Below the pieces are notes generated by a model, which searched no databases, was not told the DNA's origin, and worked only from the letters and a program-made list of their open reading frames with translations. The position numbers were made by a program, and so were the translations under genes. Below, piece after piece: positions 13,575-27,009 of a stretch of 64,000 nt of DNA (position 1 is the stretch's first letter; each line of letters opens with the position of its first letter). Origin of the DNA: Nageia nagi (taxonomy: Eukaryota; Plantae; Pinophyta); NCBI GenBank assembly GCA_050084985.1, contig JBITNC010000001.1, forward strand, positions 202,554,001 to 202,618,000, read 5' to 3'.

Positions 13575-14370
13575 ATCCTTCACTTTTATGAGAGTGAAAT
13601 CGATCATCAAATTCCTAGTTAGGTTGATGTTACTTAATTCCCTAGCTTTGAATTCAATGACCCATTCATGCACATATTTTTCTATTAAGAACATAGTGAA
13701 GTAATCTTTGCAATACTCCTTACCCTATTTTAATATAGTGTAGTCTTCATCCTCCCATTTTTTCCTTTTTACCTTCTCCCACACTTTTGTCTATTCATCA
13801 AACTTCATAACATATCATTATCTACAATTCTCATCTAGTTTATGGCTAAGAGTATCAAAAATGTAACATGCATGTTCCTCAACCATCAAAATGAAAAACT
13901 GATTAGCCCATGCAACTATGTAAATTCTAGGAGTTTTTGAAATGGCATTCAACCTTTTGTCAATAGTTTTATCCTCTAGTATTTTGAACTTTGCCATTGC
14001 ACCCTTTGGATTAAGGTAGACCTATTTGGAATTCATAAAGTCAACAATCACAAAATTCAACTTATGCTTAAGAATAGATTCCAAATCAAAATGTCCATTT
14101 AAAAAGTTATCTTTGAAGGATAAAATCTCTTTCAACCTATTTCATTCTTCACATCCATGTATCAGTGCATTGAGTTATTTCTGGTTAAGCAAAATACTAA
14201 GGTATGCATGTAAACAACCCACAAGGAGTACACAACAAATTGAACAAACACCCACCCCTCCACCAACTTTTTAATCTATAAAAGTGAAATATATTTGAGA
14301 TTTTAGAACAAGTTTACCATTCAAGTTTGATAATCAAAAATCCTCCCATGTGGCCATAACAGTGCGACTA
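13575..14370 (-). pseudogene. Cysteine-protease-like domain homologous to the C-terminal domain of plant NT-C2/F26K24.5-like proteins
   Basis: Minus-strand translation: WEDF*LSNLNGKLVLKSQIYFTFID*KVGGGVGVCS..LNALIHGCEE*NRL..GHFDLESIL..IYIVAWANQFFILMVEEHACYIFDTLSHKLDENC..YVMKFD..GKEYCKDYFTMFL..RNLMIDF. Collinear with the remembered family consensus WE..S.DG..L..QVFFASIDQ..GESAC..HFDLETV..YIVSWNDHFF.LKVE..YYIIDTLGERL.EGC..YILKFD..GKE.CKEYIK.FL..RLQIEF. Confidence 0.75.
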
Positions 14371-15289
14371 CATTGACTATCATCTTCCTTTGCATGTAAT
14401 TCTTGATTGTCCTATTCTTATGCATGATAAAGAAAATTATGATTCCCTTAGACTCAAATAAATCTATTGAAAAAATATGTGCAATATTTTATTTATATAA
14501 CAATTCATGGCTACATAAAGCTACCCTTAAACATTATTAAGCATAGATGGACATAGTTTGTGGGGATCATTATAAGCGCCCTTTCTAAAAACTAACTTAG
14601 GAAATTTTAAGATAATTAGATTCATATTAGAGATGACTTTAAATAAAAATTTAAAAAATATGAAGGCAAATTTGAAGTTGGAGAAACAAAACTATAGATT
14701 TGTTTAGCAAATTTTAGAAGTCATTTTTTCATGGTAGCAGATTAAGGACTTATACTAAGTTGGCATAGTGATTGTAGAAGGCTACCACCTAATGGTATTA
14801 GGCCATCATCAGAAGATAGCAAGCAATTAGTAGCATGTTGTTACTTCATAGTAGAAAGATATCATTGCATGCTAGTAGGATGTCATCGCTTCCACCATGT
14901 GTTCACTATTACATCATGGTGTCATGTGTTAATTACCTATATATAAGCAATATATGACTCATTTTCTTCATTCTATCATTTTTTCCACCTATCTAGAGCT
15001 ATCATTTTTCTACAAAATCCTATCTCTAGCCTATAGTAGGATACCATGTGCTTTACTTTTTCATTAAATAAGATTTAGGTGGTAATTTTTTATTATTCTA
15101 ACCTGTCAAAGCTATCATTTTCTTTTTTTTTCCTACAATATTTTACTTTTAGCTACATTTTTTAATCTTTTTACTAGCATGTTTAACTCTCCTATAAAAT
15201 CTCATCTCTCATCATCCACCAACCGTCAATTTTCATATAGGAATTTATCATGTCCTAGTATTTTATCTTTTTTACCCCATATTGTTACT

Positions 15290-18070
15290 CAGAATGGGTG
15301 GACCAGATAAGGTTTAGAGGGCTTATTTTTATGCCTCAATTTGAAATATATTCTAATTTATTGTACTATATTATGTCAACTTATGATAGAAAATAAGCAA
15401 GGTTTTATGCGGTTACAGAATCAAGGAGCTTTTCCTTTGGTATTTCTCCTATAGACATAAGTCAATTGATTAGTTTATGCATCATGTGATGATGTATTCA
15501 AATCTAAAGCTCTCTTATCTCTAGAAGATAAAATATTTTTAGAGGAAACTTAACACATTCAAATTGACTTGATTGGTAAGTTATTTTTAAAATTTTATTT
15601 TAATCAACTTTATCTATTAATGTATAACTAAAAGTTACTTTATTAATTATTTTCATCTTTTTATGTAGAATATCAAAAAAAAGAGGAATAGTGTACAAAA
15701 ATTTCCCAAATGATTACTTCAAAGCAATCTATGAATTTTTTCAATCCAAAATTATTTTGATTTGCAAGGCAAAACATCATATATTCCATTATGGTCTATA
15801 GTTTACATCCTTCATTTGTTGAATGATCAAAAATTTGACTAGTGTTCATATATTTCAGATAGAATTAAACATGATCTTTTCTTTGCCATTAAAAATGATA
15901 TTATTTATATAGCATGTAAAAATTATATTTTGGCTTTTTATTATGAAGTTTTTTATAATATAATAAATATAGCTCTAATTCCAATAGTGTTAGATTCACA
16001 AATGAGTGCATTGACTTTACTAATAGAGGAAGTTTTGGTATTTATAAATAATAATTATTTTAGACTTTAAGTTAATATGTTTATTTAAAATTTTATGAAT
16101 ATTAACCAAATTATATTATTTCAATGTCAGGATAAACAAACATCAAAGAAAAGGGAAGTAGCATTTAGAGGAGTTCATCCTGAAGGCGATGGTGATAACA
16201 AGTCCATAGATACTTTTAGTCTATTAATATTTAGAAGATTCTCTACTAGGAGGATAAGGAATGTATAACCTTGTGTTGTTGGTGAATTTTCAATGAATAC
16301 AACTATTTTTTACTATAATTGACATTTTTTTATTCAATTATTAATATTATTTAAACTTTTGAATAAACTTTTATGGTTGTACAAGAAGGTAATGTTGGTA
16401 CTCCTAGGACAAGCTATCTTGAAAGGACTTCAAATTTTGATGTTGGAAAAGAAGTCCTATGCATTGAAGGTCCAACACAAGGAGGTAAAATTGTTATTTT
16501 TTTATGCCTATGTAATGTAATGGTGTTACTATATAGTAGCATTATGCTACCATGTAGTAGCATCATGCCACCATATGGTAGTATGTTGGCACCTCATGAC
16601 AACATGTAACCTTATAATAATACTATATAACCATGTGTGTTCTATTTAAGTATTTGTAATACTGACTTTAAGTCTATGAATATATGTTTTCAAATTTCCA
16701 TTCAATTCCTATTCCAATTATCATAGTTCCAGATCAAGATATGGTAGATTCACCTAATCAACCAATTCAAACTATATACTCTACACCTTCGTTAGGTAAC
16801 TATTTTTGGATTTATTTAATCTAAACATGTTGTCTCATATAAATGAATTCATATTTTATAATATACAATTTTTTGATACTGGTGGCAAGTCAAGTTCTCA
16901 AAAAAGGAGGTCACCCATGCCTCCACCACCTGTTCCACATCTAGTCTCCATAAGAAGAGTAGGAAAATGACTAAATTTACAATAAGATAATCCTTTCATG
17001 AGACACAAAATATTTAAATTATTAGGAATATCTTCTTTTCTTGATTTTTATTTAGAGGATGTACAAAGTGTTGATATTTCTAGTTTGCAAAATATACCAT
17101 TGGATGTGGATTATTTAGGGACTAATAATGGTTCAAATCCTTTATTAAGGACTCATGATATTATTTAGAGTCAAGTTAATGTTTTTCATCCTCAATAGAT
17201 AATTATTGCACCACCTCCACAAAATATGGAGGACATTGATTATAAAATGAATGATGAACTATCATACTTTCCATTGAATGCACTTGTTTCAAATGATACT
17301 TTGGTACAGGTAAATGACATTGTATTGGATAACATTAATACTTTAAAGAAATAGGAATTAAATGCCAAAGCATTGATAAAAAAATTAATACTCATTATCA
17401 CAATCATTCTCAACATGATTCTTTGTATAAATTGGTTAAGAATGAACATACCAAAATAGAAATTTTAAGGGCTCAAGCACAAGCAGGTTCAATCAATGTA
17501 CAAAGTGGATATGATAATAACATAATGGCTATTATGTGTAACCATTTGGAAAATTTAAATGCAAAGGCTCAAGCTTATTTTGACCTTTGATCAAGAAATA
17601 AGAATTTGGTAAAGATTGCAAAGGCCCAAAAGGAACAAGCTAAGGTAACAAAGTGCGTTCCTAATTCCAATCTTTACATATTTTTTATGTTTTAAAAATC
17701 TTTTCATATTTATGTTCATGAATTTTATAATGTTATTTAATTATATGCGAGGTATGATAAATTGGTAAAAGATGTTAAAATGTTTAAAATTCATTTGAAA
17801 ACTATAAAAAAAGTATTAGTATGACCATTCAAATAAATGATGAAATGGCCCAATTAAACAAAATGAATAATGCTTATATTATGAAAATCAACTTGATCTA
17901 GATATATTATGGAAAGAGAAAACCACTATAGATTTGATTTTGCTTTCATCAAATAATGCACCTACTTCAAAAAGAAATATATTATGCAATCTTGTCGAAG
18001 CAGTTGATCTTATTGGTATTTCATCATATGAGCCAAAGGATTTAAGAGGAAGAGAAGGGGGAGAGGAATA
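15290..18070 (+). pseudogene. Multi-exon accessory gene of the hAT element: PMD/DUF1985-like N-terminus, coiled-coil C-terminus
   Basis: EWVDQIRFRGLIFMPQFEIYSNLLYYIMSTYDRK*ARFY..SFGISPIDISQLISL from 15292. Short GT-AG introns (e.g. 15576-15668). Heptad-like Q/N/K-rich coding at 17320-17900. Confidence 0.5.
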
Positions 18071-18179
18071 TTAATTTGATTTGTTACTATTAAGACATTT
18101 CTACTACTTTTATGATTTTTGTATTTACTATTAATACTAATTTTATGGTTTTTATAGTTACTATTAAGACTACTTTGAT

Positions 18180-18570
18180 GGTTTCTATGATCTTTGAATG
18201 TTATGATTTAATGTTATGTTATGGTTGAAATTTATGTAATGGTTATGTTATGTTTGAAATTTATGTTATGGTTGAGTTTTATGTAATGTTAAGTTATGGT
18301 TGAAATTTATGTAATGGTTATGTTATATTTGAAATTTATGTTATGGTTGAATTTTATGTAATGTTAGTTTATGGTTGAAATTTATGTAATAGTTGAAAGT
18401 TATATTATGTTATGGTTGAATGTTATGTTATGTGTGAAATTGAAATATTATGTTTTATTAAATTTAAATAGATGATATATAAATGTTTGAATGTTATGTT
18501 ATAGTTGAATTTTATGTAATGGTTGAATGCTATGTTATAACTAAATTTTATGTAATGGTTGAAATATTAT
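18180..18570. repeat. Tandem TTATGTTATGGTTGAAATTTATGTAATGG repeats between the convergent hAT genes
   Basis: More than 10 imperfect copies directly visible. Confidence 0.9.
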
Positions 18571-18939
18571 GTTTGTTCAAATTTATATAGTTGATATAAA
18601 AATATTTAATTTAAAAAAATATTTTAATGTTTCATTAAAAAAAATACTTTATACAAAAATAACCTATAACAATTATTTTAGATAAAAAATACAAATATAC
18701 TAATTGAAATTATAATCCACTAATAAAAAGTAACAAATTTGATTAGCAAAGAAAACTCTAAGATCCATAACTATAAGTATTTGAAATTTGAACCCTTCAG
18801 TAATATGTTTTACTCAAGTATTTCAAATTCAAAGTTTTTGGTAACCTATTCTATTTTACCCTTTATTGTTGTTGGTGTGTACATTTCTATTGGAGCATTT
18901 TTTTAATAATTAACTACACCTCTCCTTTCTAAACCAAAA

Positions 18940-19794
18940 AACCAAAGATCCACTACCCTTTCTATAGGAAAAGAATCCAAACCATAAGAGGAAACATATA
19001 ATCTAATACATGTATCCAAGTTTTATCTAATTTATTTAGAAGCTTGAATTTAATAAAATATAAAGCATTGAATACCCTTTCATCTTCAATAGAATCCAAA
19101 ATCATTATTTAACACAATTCATATAATTTGAAATACTCACTAATATTATCTCAAAAAACATAACTTGGATAGAGTTTTAACCAAAGATGTTTAATGGCAC
19201 CATTTTTGTTGGTTTTGATAATAGAGAGTATTACTCAATCATAAAAAGTCCAAAATGGTTGGCTTATTTTGTCAAAAACTCTTTATTTAAAATACCATAA
19301 TTTTTTTTTCCATTTATTTATACAAGTTTACCAAAATATGTTCTAAGAATTACCATATATTTATGAAATAAGTCATGAATTAACTGTTCACCATTACTTA
19401 TATCCTAAAATTTAGGATTCACAATTGCCATTGATTCAAGTAAAGCATCTTGTTGAAATCATTCATGAATGTCATTAGTTAAGGTTGTACAAATATTTCT
19501 CAAGTCAACACATGTTTCATAAATACAATTATCAAAAATAATATGATTTACATGTTCATCTTCATATTCTGCTCTAACCAAATCCCTTTATATATTTTGA
19601 ACATACAATGATGTCAACTTTCCTTTCACCTCTATACAAACATGATCATTGATATTAAATTTTAAAAAAATGTTTGGATCTTTAAGATTTGTTAAAGTTT
19701 TCCATATTTGAAATAAAGGACCTTTAAAACTGTCTACACCTATATAAAGCATATCCAAAGATAAATATACTCATTTTCTCAAAGACATGAAATC

Positions 19795-19833
<39 letters not shown>

Positions 19834-21400
19834 AGCATTTTTCACTAAAGTATTGATTTCCTATAACATTGGAAGAATTCCATATAATGTTAGCAATATT
19901 TGAAAGTCTATCAAATGGAATAGTAAATATTTTGCTTTATCAATCACACTACAATGTTCATACATATAACTAGTTAAAGATGGATATTTAATCAAAACTC
20001 TTTTTGTTGGTTCATACAATGAAATCCATCTTGTATCATTATACTTTAAAATCTTATTTCCATTATTTATTCCAATAGAGAAATTTTTGAACCCTATATC
20101 TTTTTGGGTTTCTTGTGATATATGCATGCAAGTCATGAATAAGCTCTTCTATTTTTGATACACTTATAAAAGTGCTAACAATTCTATATGCAAGGTTCAT
20201 TCTATGCACCATGTAATGAATGGGAATCATATAAGGATCTATTGAAGTCTATAATCTAACACAAAGATCATTCCAATTGCCTTGCATTATTGATGCACTA
20301 TCTACTCCAACACATATCAATTTTGTAGTAATTTCATAATCATCCATTCCAACAAAATCTATTAAGTTAGAAATAACTAACTTGTAAAGATTTTTTGCAT
20401 TGCAATTTTTATCCATTTTATGAACATTTAATATATATGGTGTCCTACAATTATTCTAAAAAGTGTATACATGCATGCAAACCCATGAAGTATTATCCAG
20501 TGTTGTAACTTCATCAAGTGAAAGTGAAATAAATTATGATTCCTGTAATTTTGTCATTGAAATTCTTAACCTCAACCATCAAAAAATATTTTTCCATTTC
20601 CCAAGAACTTATATCTAACCAATATTTTTGTAATATATTATGTAATCCAACTTTTTGATATAAAATTTTAAAATTTATAATAGGTATACCATGTTTAAGA
20701 ATATGAAAGATAGTACAAAATTGAGTAAATTTTGCTAACCTTTTTGCATCACTATTTTTTTCAAACTGTATTTCTAGTGTTCCACATTTCTTTTATAGAT
20801 ATTATTTTTCTTTCATGTACCTCTCATATTCTACCTTATATTGTAAGTGTTGTACTCATCTCTAATTTTATCCCTCCAACACTTAATTGTTTTTCCATTT
20901 TCATATATTTTATTGTAATATCATTTATCACAATATTTTTGTATTGTATTTACTTTTAGTTGCATTCTATGTTCTCTTTTTGTTGCCTAAAAATATATCT
21001 TACATTTGCATTTTGTTGGATCATTTCCATTACTAGGATCAATTAGTTCAATGAATGGATATTTTGCTACCCAATCAACCTGGAAAACTCTTCCAATAGT
21101 CCATTTCACACTTCATTTTCTTTTAAACTTTCAAATATTTTATTATGTAGATCTATCTATAAATTTTTCTATACATTTTTTTGAACTTTTTTTTCATGGA
21201 TGGGTTAGGATTATCATCATATTAAGGTGGTCCATTTATAGGGTACTCAATTGTAAGTGGTTCTACATCAATCGGAACAAAAACATCATCAAGTGGTACA
21301 TGATTATTGGGGTTTTTTATTTTTCATTATTAGATGGTACATCATCATCATCACAAGGTATTTTCAATATATTGAAGATAATACATTTGAAATTTCAAGT
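18940..21400 (-). pseudogene. hAT transposase (ZNF862-like type)
   Basis: RVFQVDWVAKYPFIE (~21090), ISLSLDEVTT (~20520), VGVDSASIMQG..IPIHYMVHRMNLA (20190-20315), KILKYNDTRWISL (~20030) and dimerisation-like DSIEDERVFNAL.FIK (19050-19100). A (TA)n tract lies at 19797-19829. Confidence 0.9.
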
Positions 21401-22435
21401 TTTACATTAAAAATTACAAATAAAAAAAGTACCTATATCAATTGCATATGTTTATTGAGTTCCTTCATTTTTTGATTATCTATTAGCAAAATAATATAAT
21501 ATATCATTTTTTCTTCCCTTTTACTATTGTTCTTAGAGTCCATAGTATCTGTAATTAACATCTGAATAAAAAAATTTAATATTATACCAAATAGATGAAA
21601 ATTATAAAGCTATTGCATAGATACTACCATCATTTGCAAGTAGTCTATTTTTAGGTAGTAGTAGGATGCTAGTGGATGATAATAGGATGCTACTAGATGG
21701 TATTAGGTACTAGTACCTAGTACCACCTAGTAGTGTAGCTACCTCCAAGAAGTAGCAGAATACCATTGGATGGTAGAAGTCTATTATCATACGATAGTAT
21801 CCTGCTACCATTTAAAGGAAGAAAGCCACCATTTGAAGATAGCATGCTACCTTCCAAATGTAGAATAATACCATATTTAAAATATATTATCATATGGAGG
21901 AATATTCCACCATCAAAAGGTAGATACCATCATTCAGGGGTAGATGCAACCTTTCAAAGGCATATGAGACTATTTAAAGGCATCTACTACCATTTATAGG
22001 TAGATGTGAATTACAAATATTACAAAATATAATAAGATTTAGAATAAGATCTCCTTGATTATCACAACTCTTTTTATATCCTATAGGCTTTGTTGATATG
22101 CTTGTTCAAAGGAGATCTAGAAGAAAATAATAATGGATGTATCAAATTTATTATTTAGAGTAAGGTATTTATATGGGGTGATGTAATCAAAATATAAATA
22201 ATAATTTGTAATTTTAAGACAAACTTGACTATTTATTATTTCAAAATAATGGAAATTTAATAAAAATTTAATTTAAAATTTAAATTTGACTTGGTTACTC
22301 GGGCCAAAAAATAATAATAATAAAAAAGTTTGGCAACATGGATATTGTTCTAATCCAAAAAAATTATCAGTTTCCATTTTTTAGAATTTCTAAAATTAGC
22401 TTATTATTGAATATTTGTGGTTAAAATTATCCCTA

Positions 22436-23830
22436 ATAGTTTTATGGTGTGCAAAGATCATAGTATATGCACAACATGGGTTTTCAAAAAGGGCCCTACA
22501 AAAGTATAAGCATAGAGAAGGCATCCAGATTGATTGACAAGATAGATGATGCAAACATATTTTCATGGTGTGCAATGATTAAAGGATATGCACAAAAAGT
22601 ATTTTCATAAATGGGCCTACATACTTGTAGTTAGATGCAATTATTAGGTGTAAAACTTGACTCTACAACTTTTGCCAACATTCTTTAAGCATGTGCCAGC
22701 AAAGGGAGCTCTGGAAAAAGGTATGGGCATCCATAAAAGAGTAGTTTGAAAAAGTTTTGTAGACATAGTTTCTTATTGTGCAATGATCATAAGATATGCA
22801 CAACATGGGTTTTTATAAAATGCCCTAACTAATTGCAATTATTAGTTGTAAAACCTAACTTTGCAACCTTTTCCAACATTCAATAGGCATGTGCCACCAA
22901 AGGGAGCTCTAGAAGAAGGTATGGGCATCCATCAAAGAGTAGTTGTATAGAATACATGATGCAAACATAGTTTCATGGTGTGAAATGATCACAACATATG
23001 CACAACATGGGTTTTCATAAAAGGCCCTACATGTAAGCAAATGTAATGTCAGCTATAAAATCTAACTACAATCTTGCCAATGTTCTTTAGGCATGTGCCA
23101 CCAAAGCAAGCTATGGAAAAAGGTATGGGCATCCATAAAAGAGTACTTGGATAGAATGCATGATGCAAATATAGTTTTATAGTGTGAAATGATCACAAGA
23201 TATGGATAACATGGGTTTTTAGAAAAGGCCTTACAAATTTGCAATTATCAAGTGTAAAACCTAACTCTACAATCTTTGCTAGCATTTAATAGGCATGTTC
23301 TACCAAAGTGACCTCTAGAAGAAGGTATGGGCATCCATTAAAGAGTAGTTTGATAGAATGCATGATGTAGACATAGTTTTGTGGTGTGCAATGATCATAA
23401 GATATGCACAAACTATGTTTTCAAAAAAGGCCCTACATATTTGTTGGCAAATGAAATTGTTAGGTGTAAAAAACTGACTCTACAACCTTGCTATCATTCT
23501 TCAAGCATGTTCCACCAAAGGGACCTATGGAAAAAGGTATGAGAATATATAAAAGAGTACTTTGATATAGAATGCATGATGCAAACATAGTTTCATGGTG
23601 TGAAATGATCATAAGATATGCACAACATGGGTTTTTAAAAACAAGCCCTAAATGCTTGTAGGAAGATGTAATTATCAACTGTAAAACTTGAATTTGGAAC
23701 CTTGTTAGCATTCTTCAAGCATGTTCCACCAAAGGGAGTTATGAAAAAATATATGTGTATCCATCAAGAAGTACTTGTATCATAGGATATGCACACGAGT
23801 TTTTAGAAAGGGCCTATATTAGTGTACATG
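22436..23830 (+). pseudogene. Tandem array (~7 units, ~200-215 bp) of PLS-class PPR motif sequence
   Basis: Each unit translates to NIVSWCAMI.GYAQHGF..KAL..MQL.GVKPNS.TFA.IL.ACA.KGALEEGMGIH. Units start near 22436, 22555, 22765, 22966, 23170, 23372 and 23586. Stops and frameshifts throughout. Confidence 0.85.
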
Positions 23831-23879
23831 TATGCAAAAATTATGTACAAACATGGAAAATATTCCCTACAAATAGCAT

Positions 23880-25930
23880 CAAGAATACCTACACAATGTT
23901 ATTTTTGATATCTTGTGTTACTTGTGTAATGGGATAGGTACACTTTGTAGCATCTACAACATGTAGCATCCCATTAAGTATGGGTATCATGTCACCACTA
24001 AATTTACATGACATCACCTCTATGGAAATGTGCCCCTCTCTGATAGTGCTACTATGGCATGTGCTATTAGGATCATCATTATCCACATTGTCAAACCCCA
24101 TTATATTACCAAGAGGGTCAAGGAGATGTACCTTTTGACCCTTTTTAGTGGTAAATGATCCATCATTTACACATTCCTATACTTGTGGACTAACATTTTC
24201 CTACATAGAAAATGAAGTCAACGGTTAATTTAAAAATATAATTATTATGAAACATAAATATCATTAATTGTATAAACATTTGATATGTATTTAAGAATGA
24301 TTATACATGTTAGCCTATAATGGATTGGTTCCATTTAGGTTACAATAATTTAGTGTCCCATAACACAAATCCTTGAAGAGCTTCTCCCAATGTCATAGCA
24401 TCCCCATTGGATATGGGTAGCTTGTAACCATTGAAATTAATTGTTATCACCTCTATTGAAACATGTTCCTCACCAGTAGTGGTTCCATGGCATGTGTTAG
24501 GATTATCATTATGCACATTACCAAACCCCACTATATTACCTTTAGGGTCAAGGATATGCACCCTTTGACCTTTTTTAACATCAAATTGATCACTATTTTC
24601 ATACCCAACCTAGATGTTAAATAATGATGCTTTAGATACCCTCAACTGAATACAAAAATATAGATTTTAGTTCAAATTAAATTACAAAAAAATGGAGTTA
24701 CCTAATCATTCACCTCATCATCAACATTAACCTCATCATCAACATTCACCCCATCATCAACATTCACCTCATCATCAACATCTCTAGTATTTTCTATAGA
24801 TTGAAAAATCAACAATATTATATATTTGTACAAATATCTAATAATAATAATTTTTAATTTTTTTTTAAAAAAAATTCTTATTGCATTGTTGTTTTATTAC
24901 CATCCCTTGTATGATAAATATAACATGCCCCTTACTAAATTCATGTTTATAATGTTGCAATTTTCTCTTTTTACTCCTATCCTTAGAATTATATTCTTCC
25001 AATTTTGTTTGTATTTCAACAATGGTTGGCTTGAAATTTTTTTCTATATTTGACACCATACTAAAAACAAAGACCGCATGACACTTTATAATGCTTACTA
25101 TTAAATTATCTTTGCATCACCTTATTTACATCTACTATATATTTATTTTGGTTATAAGATGATGGATTTTTAATGCCATCTACTAGCCTCCTACCTCTTG
25201 GCAGAGAAGCAACTGGTGGTGCACCTTCATGATCTTGGCTCCTTTGCTAGTATAACCTCTTCCTATCACCCTTTCAAATAACACTAATCAAACCATAATT
25301 CTCAAGAAGGAAAAAATATTGAATTCCATCATCTTTCTTGGTATTCATCCATTCTCCCACAACATAATCTACAAAGACATCTCTATCATCAGCTATCCGA
25401 TGCAAGCTCCTAAAATCCTCCTCTAAAAGTTCTATAGTGTATTCTTGAAATAAAAAAAAATAGAAGATCAACATATACTTGTACTACCCACACAAAATAA
25501 TAAAAATAAAATGTGTATTATTTGGCACATACCATCATGGGCAGGGACATTTCTACAACACACTTCTAAATTATGAATGCAACTTCCTTACAATTAAAAA
25601 AAATGATACATATTCAAAGTATGAGTTTGAAATAGGGTTTATCAATACATAAAATACTAATTAAAAGTATTTTTTTGTGATATATTATGGTTTTTAATTA
25701 CCTATTAAACATGATTCAAACATGTTTCATGGAATGAAATGATTGGAGGATATGTAATACAAGGCTACATACATCAAGGATACCTTAAACTCTTTCATCT
25801 GATGAAGCACTTGAGTAAACTATCAAATTTATTACCAAGCTAAAATGTATGTTTGTCCTAGGTGCTTTTACATTATATAAGAATGTAGGAATCATGATAT
25901 TTTTGACAACACTCTTTAATTTGGTGGAGA
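23880..25930 (-). pseudogene. Spliced gene with two tandem Tnp1/En-Spm-like (TnpA C-terminal type) domains
   Basis: VHILDPKGNIVGFGNVHNDNPNTCHG..GEEHVSIEV..LPISNGDAMTLGEALQGFVLW (24340-24570), with a paralogous copy at 23889-24145. An acidic 18-bp repeat exon (VDDEVN)x4 at 24705-24785, and upstream exons at 25060-25445 and 25700-25930. Confidence 0.6.
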
Positions 25931-27009
25931 CTAAATATGCTCCATCTTATGTTCTTATTTTAATTTTATTATGCAAAAGTGGGAAATTAGGATGATGATG
26001 AATAAGGACATTGATGAAAGATGGAGGAATAAAAAAGACACATGTATGTAGTTGGATTGAAGTTTAATCAAGGATAAATGGAGTAAAATTGATGAATAAA
26101 AAAGACAGTTGGATGTGGTTGGATTTAAGTTCACAAGAGGGTAAATGGAGTAATAAAATTGATGAGATATTGAATAATAAAAAAGAAACCTATTTTTAGT
26201 CATATTGAAGTTAATTGTAGAAGAATTTGAACATTCTCAATTCCCCTTTCCCAAATTTTTTTAAAATATGCCCAAAATTGGAAATTTTGTAATAAGGTTT
26301 ATAAATACATCAAATACTAATTAAAAGAGTATTTCATTTACATGTATTTTTTATTCTCATAAGAAGGATGGTTTTAACTAAGAAAAAAGCCCTAACTTTG
26401 AATCTGTATAGTTATTACAAATAACAAATAAACTATCGAACAAGATATTATCAAATAATACATTATCAAATAATTTATACAATAAGAAATTAGTAAAATT
26501 ACCCTAAACCTTACACATTATCAAATAATGCCCCAAATTGGGAAATTTGAAATAAGTTTTGTTATTAAATTGAATAATCTTTAAAAGCATATTTCTATCA
26601 TAAGAAAAGCATAAGAAAAATCCTAACCAAAAAATCCTATGTAGAGAATTGATGAGGAAAAATTCTAACCAAATGAATTTAACAAGAATGCATACTAGTA
26701 TGATCATCATGCCCCTACTGGTAGAAAGCTCCATGTAGTAACACCATATAGAACACTCTCCAATTTCATAGGATCTAGTTATGGTCTTTTAGTTGATGAA
26801 TAAAAAACAAAACAAACAAATGATAAATGTATATGAAGAAGAAAAAATTAGACAAGGGATACGAGCATATGAGTACGAGGAATCATCTTGGTGACATCAA
26901 CTAGGATGGTATACAAATATTTCAAGATAGGATCATCTTCTTTTATTTTGAATGTCCAAGAAAATAGAAATGGTGGATACATGCCCCAAATTTTAAGTTT
27001 TTATTTATA

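Larger units (their letters stand above)
14561..22435 (-). mobile_element. Nested hAT element (~7.9 kb) with short TIRs and an 8-bp TSD
   Basis: Left end TGGGGATCATTATAA versus reverse-complemented right end TAGGGATAATTTTAA. TSD ATAGTTTG (14553-14560) / ATAGTTTT (22436-22443). The flanks rejoin into a PPR unit (ACATAGTTT-TATGGTGTGC). Subterminal GTAG/CTAC-rich repeats at 14730-14900 and 21620-22000. Confidence 0.85.
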
